A DNA stretch of 62,077 bases, counting the filler, from Squatina squatina (lineage: Eukaryota): the NCBI GenBank assembly GCA_031763465.1. It is 3 parts of 3 records of this genome, joined end to end, with 100 filler letters (N's around TTAATTAATTAA, not from the genome) between each part and the next. Parts side by side here need not be neighbours in the genome. Positions count along the whole stretch, not along the records: positions 20,957 to 48,203 come from JARFOE010000115.1; 2 more parts are not named here. The stretch is one strand, 5' to 3'. The first letter of the stretch is position 1. Each line of letters begins with the position of its first letter. Shown one piece after another: positions 23,867-37,214 of the stretch. The position numbers and the translations under genes are program-made. The notes under the pieces were generated by a model. It had not been told where the DNA came from and ran no database searches. It saw nothing but the letters and a program-made list of their open reading frames with translations.

Positions 23867-26128
23867 CTGTTTGAAGCAAAAGAAGTGGCAGGCAAAAATA
23901 AATCCATGGTCAAACAAACACAGAGGCAAGAAACTGAGCTTGTTAGTGAGTGTTGGTGTGGCAAAGCCTCAACCTTCTAGATGGCAAAGTGGAGAGNNNN
24001 NNNNNNTGTGAGAATTGCCCTTGTTGGTACTCCAGGGTAGCCTCCCTAGTGCTGCGTGCCCAGCAGGAGGTGGTGGCCAGTATCGTACTCGCAGGATTGG
24101 GAACAACTGCAGCAGACAATGGAAGACCTTTAGAAAGCTGTCACAATATGGTTACCACCCGACAGTACCATATACCAGGTGGATGGACCGATATGCCGCA
24201 ACATGTTGCTTGTCCACTGCTTCATATTTACTAGTGGCGCACACCAACCCCTTACACCTCAAATCGTGCCCGTTCTACAGCAGGGCACACACTCAAATAA
24301 AACCCTGGGCATTTTGGCATCCTAGAAAGGCTTCACAAAACATATCATTGTAATACAACCTAGCTGCATGATGCATGGTCGGCTACTAACACACAAGAGG
24401 AACTGCAGACTGGGCTTATTTCTGTTACTGTGTGTGGACTCCTTTAGCTAACAACAAATCAAGATTACTTCTCTGNNNNNNNNNNNNNNNNNNNNNNNNN
24501 NNNNNNNNNNNNNNNNNNNNNNNNNNNNNNNNNNNNNNNNNNNNNNNNNNNNNNNNNNNNNNNNNNNNNNNNNNNACACCCAAGCTGGCCCAGTTTGAGG
24601 AAAGTAAAAGCTTCTGCTCTCCTGCAGTTCGATGAACGAGATTTAAATTTATATTTTGCAGAGAGAATAAATCAGCAGGTCACAACAGAGCAACGAGGGA
24701 GCCGCGAAGCATCGCAGCTTAAAATCTCGGTGGCTGGTGGGCAATGTGACCAGGCGGAGTGCGGAAATCTGGGAACATGCAACGTCCCTGTTCAGATTCT
24801 CTCTGTCCAATCTCGGCAGCAGTCCCTGCTGTAGCCCGACTCGTACACCTCCAGCAAACTTAACATTGGACACAAACTTACCTTGAAAAGCGTCCGCATG
24901 AAGTAGATTATGCTGAGCATTTTGTGACTGCGAATCTTAGAAAATCCGTCTGAGGAACATACTTGGCTTGTTTCAGTAACCGATCTCCTGCCGTGCCTCC
25001 TTAGTTAGGTGGAGTTTATTGTTACTATTTTGGAGGGACTTAGTCCTAGTGCTGTACATGAGCTGTGCCAGGAGCTTACATTAAGGAGTTGCATAATGAT
25101 TAGAGCTTATCTGTTTCCCTTTTGCAAAGCAGTTGCTGTGTGCAGCCGATGCAGGGCNNNNNNNNNNNNNNNNNNNNNNNNNNNNNNNNNNNNNNNNNNN
25201 NNNNNNNNNNNNNNNNNNNNNNNNNNNNNNNNNNNNNNNNNNNNNNNNNNNNNNNNNGAGAGGCGGAGGGCAGTGAATTTATCGGTGGAAATACTAGGAG
25301 CGTTGTTTTTCCAATAAGGAATCTGTGACCCTGATGGTTGTTAAATGTTGACAGAATCCTTTGGGTGGTGTTATAGAGAAGGATTCTTTACCAGACCCTC
25401 CTTGTGAAGGATGCACATTGAGGATATTGCTAATGCATGTGGCTGTATGGGTTATTTAGAAAATATTAAGTTGCAGAATTTAAATAAACAGGATTTCCGA
25501 TTTCAATAGCTGACCTTCAGATGGGTTTTGCGGTTTCTCACGTCTGCGGCGAGCTATGTTATTTTTCCCCAACATCTGTTTTTATTTTATCTTAAATATT
25601 ACAAAAATGTTATTTCTTCCTTGAGCTGACCTATACCAACATGCTTAAGAATCGTGAAGCTGCAGCCCCAGCTTTGAGCTGGTTTTGTAAATGGACTGCG
25701 TGATTAGAAATTCCTGGCTTGGCTGGCTCGTGTGTTAGAAGCTGCTGTTTACAGAACTGCTCACACTGTGCCATAACTGCTTATGGAGCTGAGTGCTATC
25801 GAAGATTCAGTTCTCCAAGGTTCCTGATTCTCTGCTTTGAAATCAGGATCTTCTAAATAAACACATGGTTTACAAAGGTCGCGGGCATGATAGTTGCTGT
25901 AACCTTCGATGACACAATGGAGAGTTAGCCTTCTAACATAGTAAATGAGAAAGAAACAGTAGATTCAGGACACTGCTTCACACTAAGCCATGGCAATAAG
26001 ACAAGGCAATAGAGGTTTAAACCAGGAANNNNNNNNNNNNNNNNNNNNNNNNNNNNNNNNNNNNNNNNNNNNNNNNNNNNNNNNNNNNNNNNNNNNNNNN
26101 NNNNNNNNNNNNNNNNNNNNNNNNNNNN

Positions 26129-26400
26129 TGCAGCACTCCCTTGGTACTGCACTGGAGTGTCAGCCTAGATTTTGTGCTCAAGTCTCTGGAGTGGGACTTG
26201 ACCTACAACTTTCTGACTTAGAGTCAAGAGTGCTAACACTGAGCCACAGCCGACACCTAAGACATGAAAGAGCTGCCTACTCTTCAACAGTTCCATGGGA
26301 TCTTTTATGGCTTCCTGAACCACCAGGACAGGCAGATAAAGCCTCTGTTTAATGTTTCATCTGAAATATGATGCAGGGCTCCCCCAGTGTCAGTCTAGAT
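26129..26400 (-). mobile_element. DeuSINE 5' part plus a second partial copy
   Basis: tgcagcactccct..gtactgcactggagtgtcagcctagattttgtgctcaagtctctggagtgggacttga...actgagccacagccgacac to 26256, then a core fragment. Confidence 0.82.
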
Positions 26401-27538
26401 TATGCACGCAAGTAATGACGTACATGTTCGAGGGAATGAGATACTCGCACCAGTTGAGAGAAACAGGTGCAACTAAACCTGAAGGATATCAGCTTAGAGA
26501 ATTTTACTCCCTATTTTTATGGAACTTGGACAGAAGGGAATACTTTTACATAGATTATACTAATTAAAGCAATCCTATGTGAAGCAAATTTGGTTGACTG
26601 CAAATACACTTTCCTCTAAAACTAAAAATTCTACTCATTGGCATTCCAAACTAAACGCCGGCTGGGCCAGTATGGTGTGAGTACAAAATAAAATGATCCA
26701 CTACCTGGAAATGAGTACTCAAAATCCAACTACCTCACGTGGTTTGGACAAGAAGTTTCTTCACTCAGAGTTTTAGCATTATGCTGCCAGACAATGTCAG
26801 GCTGTCTGATGTGATGGAGCCCCTTATCAAACTGACCTTCAGCTGTGAAACATGCAAGCTCCTGGTTTCATGTTTAATCACTGAACAGCATAGGTTTCGA
26901 CTATTGAAAAATGTAGTGTTTTATATTCAGCCTGAGCACACATGCTTTCTGAAACTATTCACAGGGAACGTAAATGGAGTCAGCACAACTCATCAAACAC
27001 TCTGGTAAAAGAGCAAGTTCAAACATACACGCATGACTCTCCAGCAGCTTTACAGTAGAACTTACCTTCTGTAACTTCCCAGTGCTTACCTCCTGAGAAA
27101 TGAGCATGAGCATGGTGCCCCTGGTATCTTAATTGGGGGTATAATGTAGGCAGCCAGAGCAACAGCCTTTCCACAGAATGATATTGTTCTGCTCTTCACG
27201 TTGTTAGTGGTATTTAGTTGTAACAGGCCCAGCTGTCCTGATAACTGACTGTATCTCCCCAGCACAGCTGGAGAGGTCCCTACATCTACCAGCCGATCTT
27301 TCGCTAGATTCCGAGTCACATTCTGCAAGTGTGGGAAAACGTCTTTATTGTCTTCCAAATATTAGGCCGCAGATTAGCATAGTAACCACGGCAACAATTC
27401 ACTGGCTCACTGATCAAGCACTTTTGAGTTTCAGTTGCAGATCAGGCCCCAAGTTTGTCCACGTATGGTGCTTGAACCAGTGAGCACAATGTTGATGCTA
27501 AGTACTCAAAGAAAGAAATCTGTGGATTCAGAAACAGT

Positions 27539-27568
27539 GAGAGAGAGAGAAGAGAGAGAGAGAGAGGG
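27539..27568. repeat. (GA)n microsatellite
   Basis: Read directly from the sequence. Confidence 0.9.
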
Positions 27569-28599
27569 GATGAATTCTAAAGCAAGGCAAACACTGGAGT
27601 TGTGTAGAGGATGAGGGACTGTAAATCTGAACATCAACAGAATTCCTGAGCAAATTCCATCTGCATTATCCTTCGAACATTTGAAAAGCGGTGCTGTACA
27701 TAAAGCAGCTGCGATAGTTCTGGTTGTGAGATAAGCTTATTAAGCTGATGCTTTGATACCATGAGCATGTTGCGGCGAACATTTTAAAACAAAAACTTAA
27801 GGTTTTCTGAAAAAAATCATTAACTACTTAAAGACTATGGTGATAACTTTGTACCCAATGAATGGGGTGATCCTGCTCCCCACCAGAACTGTTAATGGCA
27901 GGATTTTTAAGGGCTAAATAATAAAATACTGCAGNNNNNNNNNNNNNNNNNNNNNNNNNNNNNNNNNNNNNNNNNNNNNNNNNNNNNNNNNNNNNNNNNN
28001 NNNNNNNNNNNNNNNNNNNNNNNNNNNNNNNNNNTTTCTCTCCAGTGCTCGCTGTGGGCAGAAAATCACCGTATTAGATTTTCAGAATTAATAAGGTATT
28101 CAACTGACAAGCAGCCTTCAAAATGAGAGACAATTTGGGGACATTGAGCAATTATGTTTTCCGCAATTACATTCAGGCTCATGGTCTGATGTACCTACTT
28201 AGATTTATTAAAGAGAGTGGTTTGTCCACACTACATTAATTTGTGGGGCTCCATTATGCAAACAGTTCTACTTGCTGGTGAAGTGCAAAATGAGACTGAG
28301 TATTGAAGATTGTGTTACCTGACAGTGACAAAGGAGAGCAAAATAGCCAAGAGAAAATTAAAATCAGCTTTTATATGTATGTAAAGAAATTAATTTGCAT
28401 TTATAAACCATGGGAAAAATGTTCTTGCTCCTGAGCCAAATGCCTGGGTACAGTACACAGAGTAACATTGAGTAGTGAGAAGATATACTGTGACCATGTG
28501 GTCAAATACAGGAAAGGAAAATCTGTTCCGCCCCTCTCCTCCACACCCACCATGTCTCTCAAGTAACCCCAAATATTTTACATACACTGATTTACCTTA

Positions 28600-28897
28600 A
28601 AGTACAATTGTTCTGTAGGTAAAAAACTGCAACCATTTGTGCACAGCAATTAGGTAAACTTATCAGCTTCTAGTTGAGGGAAGATCTCCATGCTCTTCTT
28701 CAAATAGTACGCTGGGATCTTTAAAACCTTCCTGCACTTGGTTTAACATCTCATCCGAAGTACAGCATATCTGGCACTGCAGCATTCCCACGCTGCAGTA
28801 TGAACCCTGATTTTGCACTCAAGGCCTGGGGTGGGGCTTGGACCCACAATCTTTGGATTCAGAGAGGAAAATGGTGTCAACTGAGCCAAGCTGATGC
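28600..28897 (-). mobile_element. DeuSINE copy (decayed)
   Basis: Reverse complement of the same head and core (aactgagccaagctga, taacatctcatccgaa, tgggatctttaaa). Confidence 0.75.
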
Positions 28898-30807
28898 TCA
28901 AAAGTGACAGCTGGCTGGTAAGGTGAGTCCCGTTGAAACTGCTTCCATTTCGAACAGATCGGTCAAAGAAAAGTATCAGGGAAAAGAAAGATGTGCAATT
29001 AAGCAATTCAGACAACACTCACTGAACAAAGGACTCTTACAACAGCAGCTGTTTCCAGTTAATGGCTGGAGTTGGGTAGACCTAGACTTGTCAAGGTTAC
29101 AAGTAGAGAACAGATGGGTTATGCTGACTGAGTAAGATAAGGGAAAGCAATTTTATCTGGTCTTGTCTGACTTACCATTATTTAAGGCTGAGAAAGTAAA
29201 GTAGTTTTACCAGCTATTGAGCAAGCCTGGCCTCAAATTGTTCAAAATGTCTTCATTATAAGTCCTTAATATGCCCGTTTAAGGTGATTGGCACTTAAAA
29301 TGAATCCTTGCAGAGGGATGAGTCACCTTGATTGGTCAGGTATCGAAACTGGTGGGAAAATGCGTCTTATTTTGTGCAAATTATGTTCATAACAGATTGT
29401 GCTTTAAGACACTCAAACCAGAACTGTACAGAAGTCTGAGAAGGATTCAAAAAGTTAAAGGGAGAAATTAAGAAGTAGGTCTTCTAAGCCGAGCTGTTAA
29501 GGGTGGAAGTCGAAAGTTTCAGAAGTTTAATCACACAGAGGCAGAAGTCTGAAATGTCATGTGACAGTTCAACAGAGAGACAAACATTGGAATTCAGCCA
29601 CTGCCTGAAATATAACAAGTACATACAAGGTTGGATACACCAGCAGGAAGGCAGACGACTGAGGAGGGAAGGAATAGCTCTGTCACGGATGGAGGTTAAC
29701 CCTGTCAGAGTGCCCAATAATGGATATGAATAGTCCAGAGCGAGGCAGCCCTGCCCAACTCTGCCACAGTCGACTCAAAGGAGAGGACGGGTATTGTAGT
29801 GCTGTCAGGTTAATCAGGAAGGCCGCTGGTGGTCTCCCCCTGGAGCTGCAGTCAATGAGTCTAATTTTCATCTTAGATACCAGGGCCAGTCCAAGCAATC
29901 CATTCCTTGATTTACTGGGTCTTCCTGGCCATGGCTCAGGCCCGGATACTCCACTGATCCCCACTTTTGTGCCTTGGCAGACCTGTTCATTCCACCATCC
30001 AAGCCACTGGGCAGTGGGGAAACTAGGGCCAAGGGAATGGTGATTGTTATGTGTCTCCCCTTGGCCCCTCCTCCCAACATCATGGACCANNNNNNNNNNN
30101 NNNNNNNNNNNNNNNNNNNNNNNNNNNNNNNNNNNNNNNNNNNNNNNNNNNNNNNNNNNNNNNNNNNNNNNNNNNNNNNNNNNNNNNNNTGTTTTTTCAG
30201 TAAAAAAATGATGTTTTTATGTTCTTGATGCTGTGCTGCTCCCATGGCGATGAGGTTTTGGACCTAGTTTGCTACTGGTGTTTTTTTCCTTCCTGTGATG
30301 TAAAGCTGTGGGGACATTGAATGATACTTTCACAGATGTATAATAATAACCTTTGATCTCACTGCTGCGTAATATCAGTAAAGGACACTTTGAAAATGGC
30401 AGCAATGGATACTTAATAGTTGCATTCATTCTGTTGACACAGATGTTGCTTCCACAGTGCCCTGTTCTTTATTTCACAGAATATGACACCCATGTTGAGG
30501 CGGAAGCTGTTGCACCTTTAAAGGGAAGAGGAGGTAAACCTTTGAAGCAGAGGAAGATACCGGGTTTGTGAAGAGAGAGCAGGGCAGTGGGATTAGCTTT
30601 GCATTGCTCCAGCAAAAAGCGGCTGCACACACAATGAGCCAAATGGTCTCCTTTTGTCCTGTAAACTTCTGTGGCTTTATGTAAAATATCAACTTGCTGT
30701 CAGAACANNNNNNNNNNNNNNNNNNNNNNNNNNNNNNNNNNNNNNNNNNNNNNNNNNNNNNNNNNNNNNNNNNNNNNNNNNNNNNNNNNNNNNNNNNNNN
30801 NNNNNNN

Positions 30808-31293
30808 AGCATAAGAGGTTTAAAAAACTTAAAAATAGAATTCAAACACTTATTTATTTATTAAAAATCCAGTCCAGTAAGGTATGTATTTTTAGACACT
30901 TTAGAACATTTTTTAAAAAATTTCAAAAAAGTAAATTTTTGTGTAAAATATTTAATTATATAGCATCTTAATTAATCTTAATACTTATTGTGAAGTGATT
31001 TATTGGGGAGTGCTTGTGGGTTTTTTACTATCTCCATTCTCTCTCTATTCGTAGATCAGCAGAAGTATGAATGGAGAGACGTCTACTTTGATTGGCTGGG
31101 GCCTCCCATGTGATCCAAGCAGCGTCTGCGAACCGCATACGCTCCCTGGATACCTGGGCCTCTACACTGGCATTCGCACAGAGGCCCAGGAACGCAAGGC
31201 TGTGAACCTACCAGACCACCAGGTACATTCGTAAAAATCTTTCCGGTCGGAGGCCTGCGCCCGCGGGAAGGCTCCAACCAGAATTTCAAGGCC
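30808..31293 (-). mobile_element. MITE family A, second copy
   Basis: Ends GAATTTCAAGGCC and shares cgaat.tacctggtggtc..g.aggttca...gtagaggccca with the 60286 copy. Confidence 0.7.
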
Positions 31294-32705
31294 AACTTTT
31301 CAGTTCTCTCAGTTTTCAATTTATAAAGGAAAACTATCAGGCAACAGAAGGCAGCAGCTGCTGAACTTGCACTCTGCCTGGAGATTGAATGTGACTTGGA
31401 GTATTTATTGCTTTAATGTTCTGTTAAGTCACAAATTTGGATAACTCGAGAGGTACTAGGTATTCATCAGACTTTATTTGCAGCTCTGATGGAAAGCTTT
31501 GCATTATCATGTGGATCTGTAACACAGCAAAGATCCTCATTAATCAATCCAAGTTTTACTTCCTGTGGGTAAAATGCTCAAAAAGTCCCCCCGACTGAAT
31601 TTGAAAATATATTTTTCGTAAATTAAAATGGAATCAAGATTTGTTGTCGTGATTTTTGTCAGTTTACATTTAAATGCCCAACTTTGAAGTATTTTCCACT
31701 TTGTCAATGACAGACTGCAGGTCCAGGCACCGCTGTGCCCCGAGCACATTACTGTCATCGACTGTTCGGGTTTGTATGGAGAGGTTAGAAAACTGCAGGG
31801 TAAGTTGACTCCTCCACTTCCGTGTTGAAGTGCAGATGGTTTTATTTAAGTCGTGGGTGTTCTTTCAGCTCCCAGCACCTGTAGTTTACAGGCTGCAGTT
31901 CAGTGTACAAGGAAATGGACTTTCCAGCATTGTGCATGAGATGCCCCAGTCCAGGGCAGAAACATTGAGGGGTAAATGTGCCTGTTTCTTGCTTGTTCCT
32001 TACAATTTAAACACTGAAACAATTTGCAACTAATGGGCCTGTAATACAACAGGTATTGATTTTTGACTGGTTCCTTCTGACAGTGATGCAGACTAAGCAA
32101 ACCCGAGCTATACTCCTGGCTCTGCATCACTCTGGGCATACAAAGCAGAGCTGTGAATGGACACACTTGCACACAAAATCCCTCCTGCTAAATGTAATGC
32201 ATGCAGACATTCAGAAGGATTCACTGCAGCCAATGTTAAGCTGAAGTGCTGAGGTTACCCTTCGCGTGGTCTGGCTGACTACACTCTTTAGTTATACCTC
32301 AGAATTTTGTTCCTTCACATCGGTATAAATCGCATAGTTAGTAACTGGTCTGTGGGAAGGTGTTTGTTCTCAGGCATAGAATGTGTGTTCCGGTTAGACC
32401 ACCTGCTGCTTTACCATGCCACTTTTGGATATAACAAAGATAGCCACATGCAGCATACTTTATCATTGTATTTCATACTTGATTTACCTTGGTGGGAAAT
32501 TTTGGGAGGACGTGAAGCAAAAGGATAAAATTCAGGCTATCTTCCAATACTCTCTACTTGGGTTCACAGCAACCAAGACAAATGACATAAGCAGACATGC
32601 GCCTTCTATGATCTGAATCTATTGGCTGGAATTTTCTCATTGCCGAGTGTGGTGGTTTTGGGGCGGGGCGGCAGTTAAAAGCGCAGAAATTGGCATGCAT
32701 CTCAG

Positions 32706-32828
32706 AAACTATATTCAAAAGGGAGTTAGATGTGGCCCTTACGGCTAGGGTGATCAGTGGGTATGGAGAGAAAGCAGGTACGGGGTACTGAGTTGAAAGA
32801 TCAGCCATGATCGTGTTGAATGGCGGTG
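32706..32828 (+). mobile_element. CR1 3' fragment
   Basis: gagttagatgtggcccttacggcta...gggtatggagagaaagcaggt...gatcagccatgatcgtgttgaatggcgg. Confidence 0.85.
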
Positions 32829-33102
32829 NNNNNNNNNNNNNNNNNNNNNNNNNNNNNNNNNNNNNNNNNNNNNNNNNNNNNNNNNNNNNNNNNNNNNNNN
32901 NNNNNNNNNNNNNNNNNNNNNNNNNNNNCAATAAATGCTGACCTTGCCAGCGACGCCCAGGTCCCAGGAACAAATAAAAAAATATATTTAAATTCAAGTC
33001 TTTATATATGTCCCAGCATGGCATACTGTATTGCTTACTGTATGGCCTGGCTTCATACATCACAACTCAACATTCTAGGTCATAACATGTCAAAATTCTT
33101 AC

Positions 33103-33408
33103 CTTGCAAAGAAGAACAAGGGCCCAATCTATGAGGTAGGCTGCCAGGCTCATTTTTGCCTTCATGTATCGGTCAGGTAAACAGGACAGGTACATCCGGT
33201 ACAGGTCAGGCTCAGCACTGGGTGACTCCATGGACTCAGGCCTTCCACCATTATCTCCATTCAAAAGATGCTGTCCAGAGCCTGTCTCCATCTTGATCCG
33301 AGATATTTCCGTTCCTATGCAGAGCAATCGCCAATTACCCTTGCCTTTAGCCTTTAGGACATTGGTGAACGCTCCCTCTTCAGAGACAAAAGCTCTTGAG
33401 TTCAACAT
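33103..33408 (-). CDS. Candidate 5' coding exon of an unidentified gene
   Basis: Open frame ...METGSGQHLLNGDNGGRPESMESPSAEPDLYRMYLSCLPDRYMKAKMSLAAYLIDWALVLLCK ends in a strong phase-0 donor AAG|GTAAGA. Possible acceptors lie at ~33418 (ttctgcag) or ~33315 (ctgcatag). The true start is uncertain. Confidence 0.5.
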
Positions 33409-35931
33409 AAATTAGCATCTGCAGAACTATTTCTCTGATGAAAATCCAGCAGCATAATTCAGCACTCTGCAGGAACCAGTTTGAATTGAAAACAAGAATT
33501 CGGTATCTATTTTAAACAGTCTGATGTATCCTCTGCCACAGACAGACTGCCTCTAGATAAATATAGTCATAGCAAATCAGGAATCCCATTATTAGAAGAG
33601 GGGGAGTCATTCTTTTCATGCAAAGTTATTGAAGCAATGTGTACAGTGGTTAATCACTGAGGGAGCAAAGCATAATAAAGGGAGAGGANNNNNNNNNNNN
33701 NNNNNNNNNNNNNNNNNNNNNNNNNNNNNNNNNNNNNNNNNNNNNNNNNNNNNNNNNNNNNNNNNNNNNNNNNNNNNNNNNNNNNNNNCAGTATGAACAG
33801 GAATAAATGCAGTAATATACAATTACTTTAAACATGAATACATTCACTTAAAGTTAGTCTCCTCGGTAAAGGTTGTATAGGTCGGTGATCAAACCATCTG
33901 CCTCGTTTTTCAAGCTTCAGAGTGAGCTGCTGGTAGAAATGAAGCGAGCAATCCCAAGTTTGGGGTACCAGCCAGACATGCAGTGACTCCTGCAGGCAGC
34001 ATACCGCTGCTTACTTTCGCAACAGTAAAAAAAATACTTTAATTTTTTTCAGAGGTTGATCTCATCTTGTACAGAGACACCCCGCCCCATTTAAATAAGT
34101 TATCTCCGGATTACTAGAAATCAGTTAGTGAGTTAGTCACTGACTGGTAAATGATAAATTGCCTTTTCTGTTCTCTCCTCTTGTCTTTGAAGTCTCTCGC
34201 TTTCCGTGACTGTGCTGGTTCTTTTCAGCAGAATTCAACTTAACTGAAAAGCCTGCAAGTTACTCTAAATTCACCTCAGGAACTCTGGGAATACCACGCA
34301 CGTAGCAACGGACCCCCTCATTCCCTGCACTGGAGACTTTTTGTCTTAGTCGAACAGCTTTTGAAATTCCAGTTCTTGCACTAACGCCCGCCTTGTCCAG
34401 AATCTTGCAACACGCCTCAAAGACAAATATTATCCACTTTGCTATTAATTTACTGGCCCCGTTTCAACCTTTGTAGAAAAGGAGAGTGAGAGAGAGAGAG
34501 AGATCGCACACTTGAGTTTGTATTGTGCAGGGCAGAACCTCTGTGGCGACAGGACAGGGGCTCCTCTCTCCAGGTTATACAAATCTGTTGAAATTAAGAG
34601 CTCTTNNNNNNNNNNNNNNNNNNNNNNNNNNNNNNNNNNNNNNNNNNNNNNNNNNNNNNNNNNNNNNNNNNNNNNNNNNNNNNNNNNNNNNNNNNNNNNN
34701 CAGGTCATTGGGAACAGCTGTTGCGGTGGGGGATGGGAATGGTTCTCCAGCACCTTAACCCCCTGAGGTTCACACAGTGGCTTTTTTTTGAACTGTGCGA
34801 TACAGATTCCACAGTACAAGCATTCTTTCCTGCTCTTTAACAGTGACTGATGGGTTTTGTTCTTATCGAGCACTTCACTGCAATGGGCACAGTGATACAA
34901 AGCCCCGGATTTTGAAGGCACAAGCTGTTTTGGCCCACAGAGTATTAGTCATGAATGTCACAAATCATTCCTTTGTTGTGCCCTTAAATGACGACAGCCC
35001 CGTTGAGTCCTCAATTGACTCTCCGCCGGGTGTCCTGAGAATTCGGTTGCATTATCGTGAGCGCAGACCTGTTGCACTACATGTCTTGTGGGATTCGGGT
35101 GACCTGAAATGACGGTTTGGAGAAAGGCCTGATGATAATTGTGGAGTCCGACTGTGAAATTTTGCAGCTTGCCCGAAACAGCAAAGTTGAATCTCAGCCA
35201 ATTTTAACCATTGAAATGGTTACTCACTTGAGGTTCTGCAGAAGTTCAACTTTAGCTGACAGCAACCTGTCAAGCCCAAAACTAGATCCAACATAATAAC
35301 GATGTGAGGTCAGTGTCGACAGCACAAGTACAAACTTGTCTCCGCTCGCAAGCTTTTTTTTTGCCTTTATCGTACTTAAGTGCCCAGAGGCCTTGACTGA
35401 TCTCACCTGCAGTGAAGCGAAGTGGAAGAATGGAGCAGGAACACTCTGACAAGGGACCCCCGCCATGTGCAGTAGTTGGTTAGGAAGTGGGATGGGTCAC
35501 TGCAAAATCACACTGTGGGGGGAAGGAAAAGCGATGCAAGAATCTCAGCTTCAGTACAGCAGGTGGCTGTTTTCCATTCAGTCGCAATGCAGATTTTTTT
35601 TTCCAAACTTGAACGGAGGCCAGTTGCTTTGTGTGTGTGTATGTATGTTTGTGTGGGTGTGTGTGACAGGACAACAAATGCTTGCGTTTCCTTCATAATC
35701 TACAAGACTCCAAACAGCTTTACTCTTTAGTCAGCTGGAAGGTTGGGCTTTCGCCACAAGACCTATGCGGTGACACTTCCATTGACAAGCCCTTCTTGGG
35801 CTGCAATAAATATAGAAATATGCACCCTTGGAATTTGCACGGGGATGTGAAGCAAGCACATTTTCCACTTGTTCCGCCCATTTTTGTGAATTTTACTCCC
35901 CTCCCCTGCCCCTGGAGTTGGCCGTGATGTT

Positions 35932-36060
35932 TCAGCTGGGTGCTGGGTGAGATCGCACTGGAGCACGTAGCATCACAAATTCATGGCAGCTAGTGAACTT
36001 GTCATTGTCGGAGCTGAAGTCATCATCCGACCACTCTGTGTCACAGTGCATCGGTGTTCC
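35932..36060 (-). CDS. Candidate C-terminal coding fragment (5' end lost in gap)
   Basis: Reads GTPMHCDTEWSDDDFSSDNDKFTSCHEFVMLRAPVRSHPAPS then stop. It has an acidic W-S-D-D-D-F motif and is followed by UTR-like sequence with (GT)n. Confidence 0.35.
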   Translation of the reverse strand, partial: GTPMHCDTEWSDDDFSSDNDKFTSCHEFVMLRAPVRSHPAPS

Positions 36061-37200
36061 NNNNNNNNNNNNNNNNNNNNNNNNNNNNNNNNNNNNNNNN
36101 NNNNNNNNNNNNNNNNNNNNNNNNNNNNNNNNNNNNNNNNNNNNNNNNNNNNNNNNNNNNGATCGAGTAAGTTCAGAAATTTGTTGCACAGCATCACCTT
36201 GTGGATAAATTGTGCAATTACAGGATAACAATTTCAAGCAGGTGGCTTCCATTATAAATGTGGGCATAGGAATTTATAAAAGAAAAAGTTGATATGAATG
36301 TGTACCTCAAAATATGACAACAAAATGTATGTTTTCTTTTAGACTGAAGGTAAAAATTAAAGGCAGGAAGTTATATCCAGTAAACAGATTAGTGTAGGTG
36401 GGGTAACTTAGTCCCTCAAACATTCATCTCTATGATTGCAGAAGTTGGAAATAATACACTTTCTGGGCTGTAAGGGATAAGGGTTGGTTATGGAACCTAC
36501 TGTTAGATCATTGAGAGAGAAGACAGAACTGAACACCTTAAAATTATAACAAATACAGTATCAAAACCTGAACAAAAGTTCTTCTGAATTGAGTCACAAT
36601 AAACAGCAACATGGCAGCTTACAGTGGGATACACATAGTTTTGTGGACTTCAAATTGTGTTGTGAGACTCTTAAGTGAGCGCCTTAGACATGTTTCATGC
36701 AACAAGCAATTTCTGGCATGTCGGCATCCATCTACAGAATTTGGCATTTATTCTTCCCCAATAGTGCAAAATCATCCTGTTTTCACCCATATGAGTCAAC
36801 CTTCTGCCATGTGAATAGTTCAAGTATTTAGTGCTGGGCAAACCCATTTTGGTTCAGCTGATACCAGCATGTTTGCTCTGAGCAAACCTGCTTGGTTCTT
36901 GGAGGCCATGTTAGATTCAAGAACAAAATACACTAGCTGTGAACATTTCAGGAAATGGAGCCAGTCAACCTCTCTGTGATTAGCACTAGAATTCACTTTG
37001 CAGAAAACTAATCAAGCATTTAACATCAATTTATGTATGGCCTGTTGCAGCTGGAACACAAGCATCAAAGCAGGTTCTTTCTCAGTGGAAAATGACCCAG
37101 TTCACGACCTGTGTGCTCCTGACTGGGAGGAGAATCCAGTATGAGTTTGACCTGCTGTTACTAAAGGAACATAAAAGGACCTCATTCCTCAGTGAGGCTG

Positions 37201-37214
37201 GTTGCTAAGGCAAC
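37201..37214. promoter_or_regulatory. RFX X-box motif
   Basis: GTTGCTAAGGCAAC is a near-palindromic match to GTTGCCATGGCAAC. Confidence 0.45.

Noticed and set aside
27086-27358. 90-aa ORF with nearby donor-like sites
   Set aside because: It has a non-ATG start, no recognisable motif, and no consistent acceptor-donor pair.
34701-34921. Zinc-finger-like CAHC...CLYCGIC in a minus-strand ORF
   Set aside because: It has a non-ATG start, an in-frame stop ten codons upstream, no acceptor, and spacing that fits no finger family I recognise.
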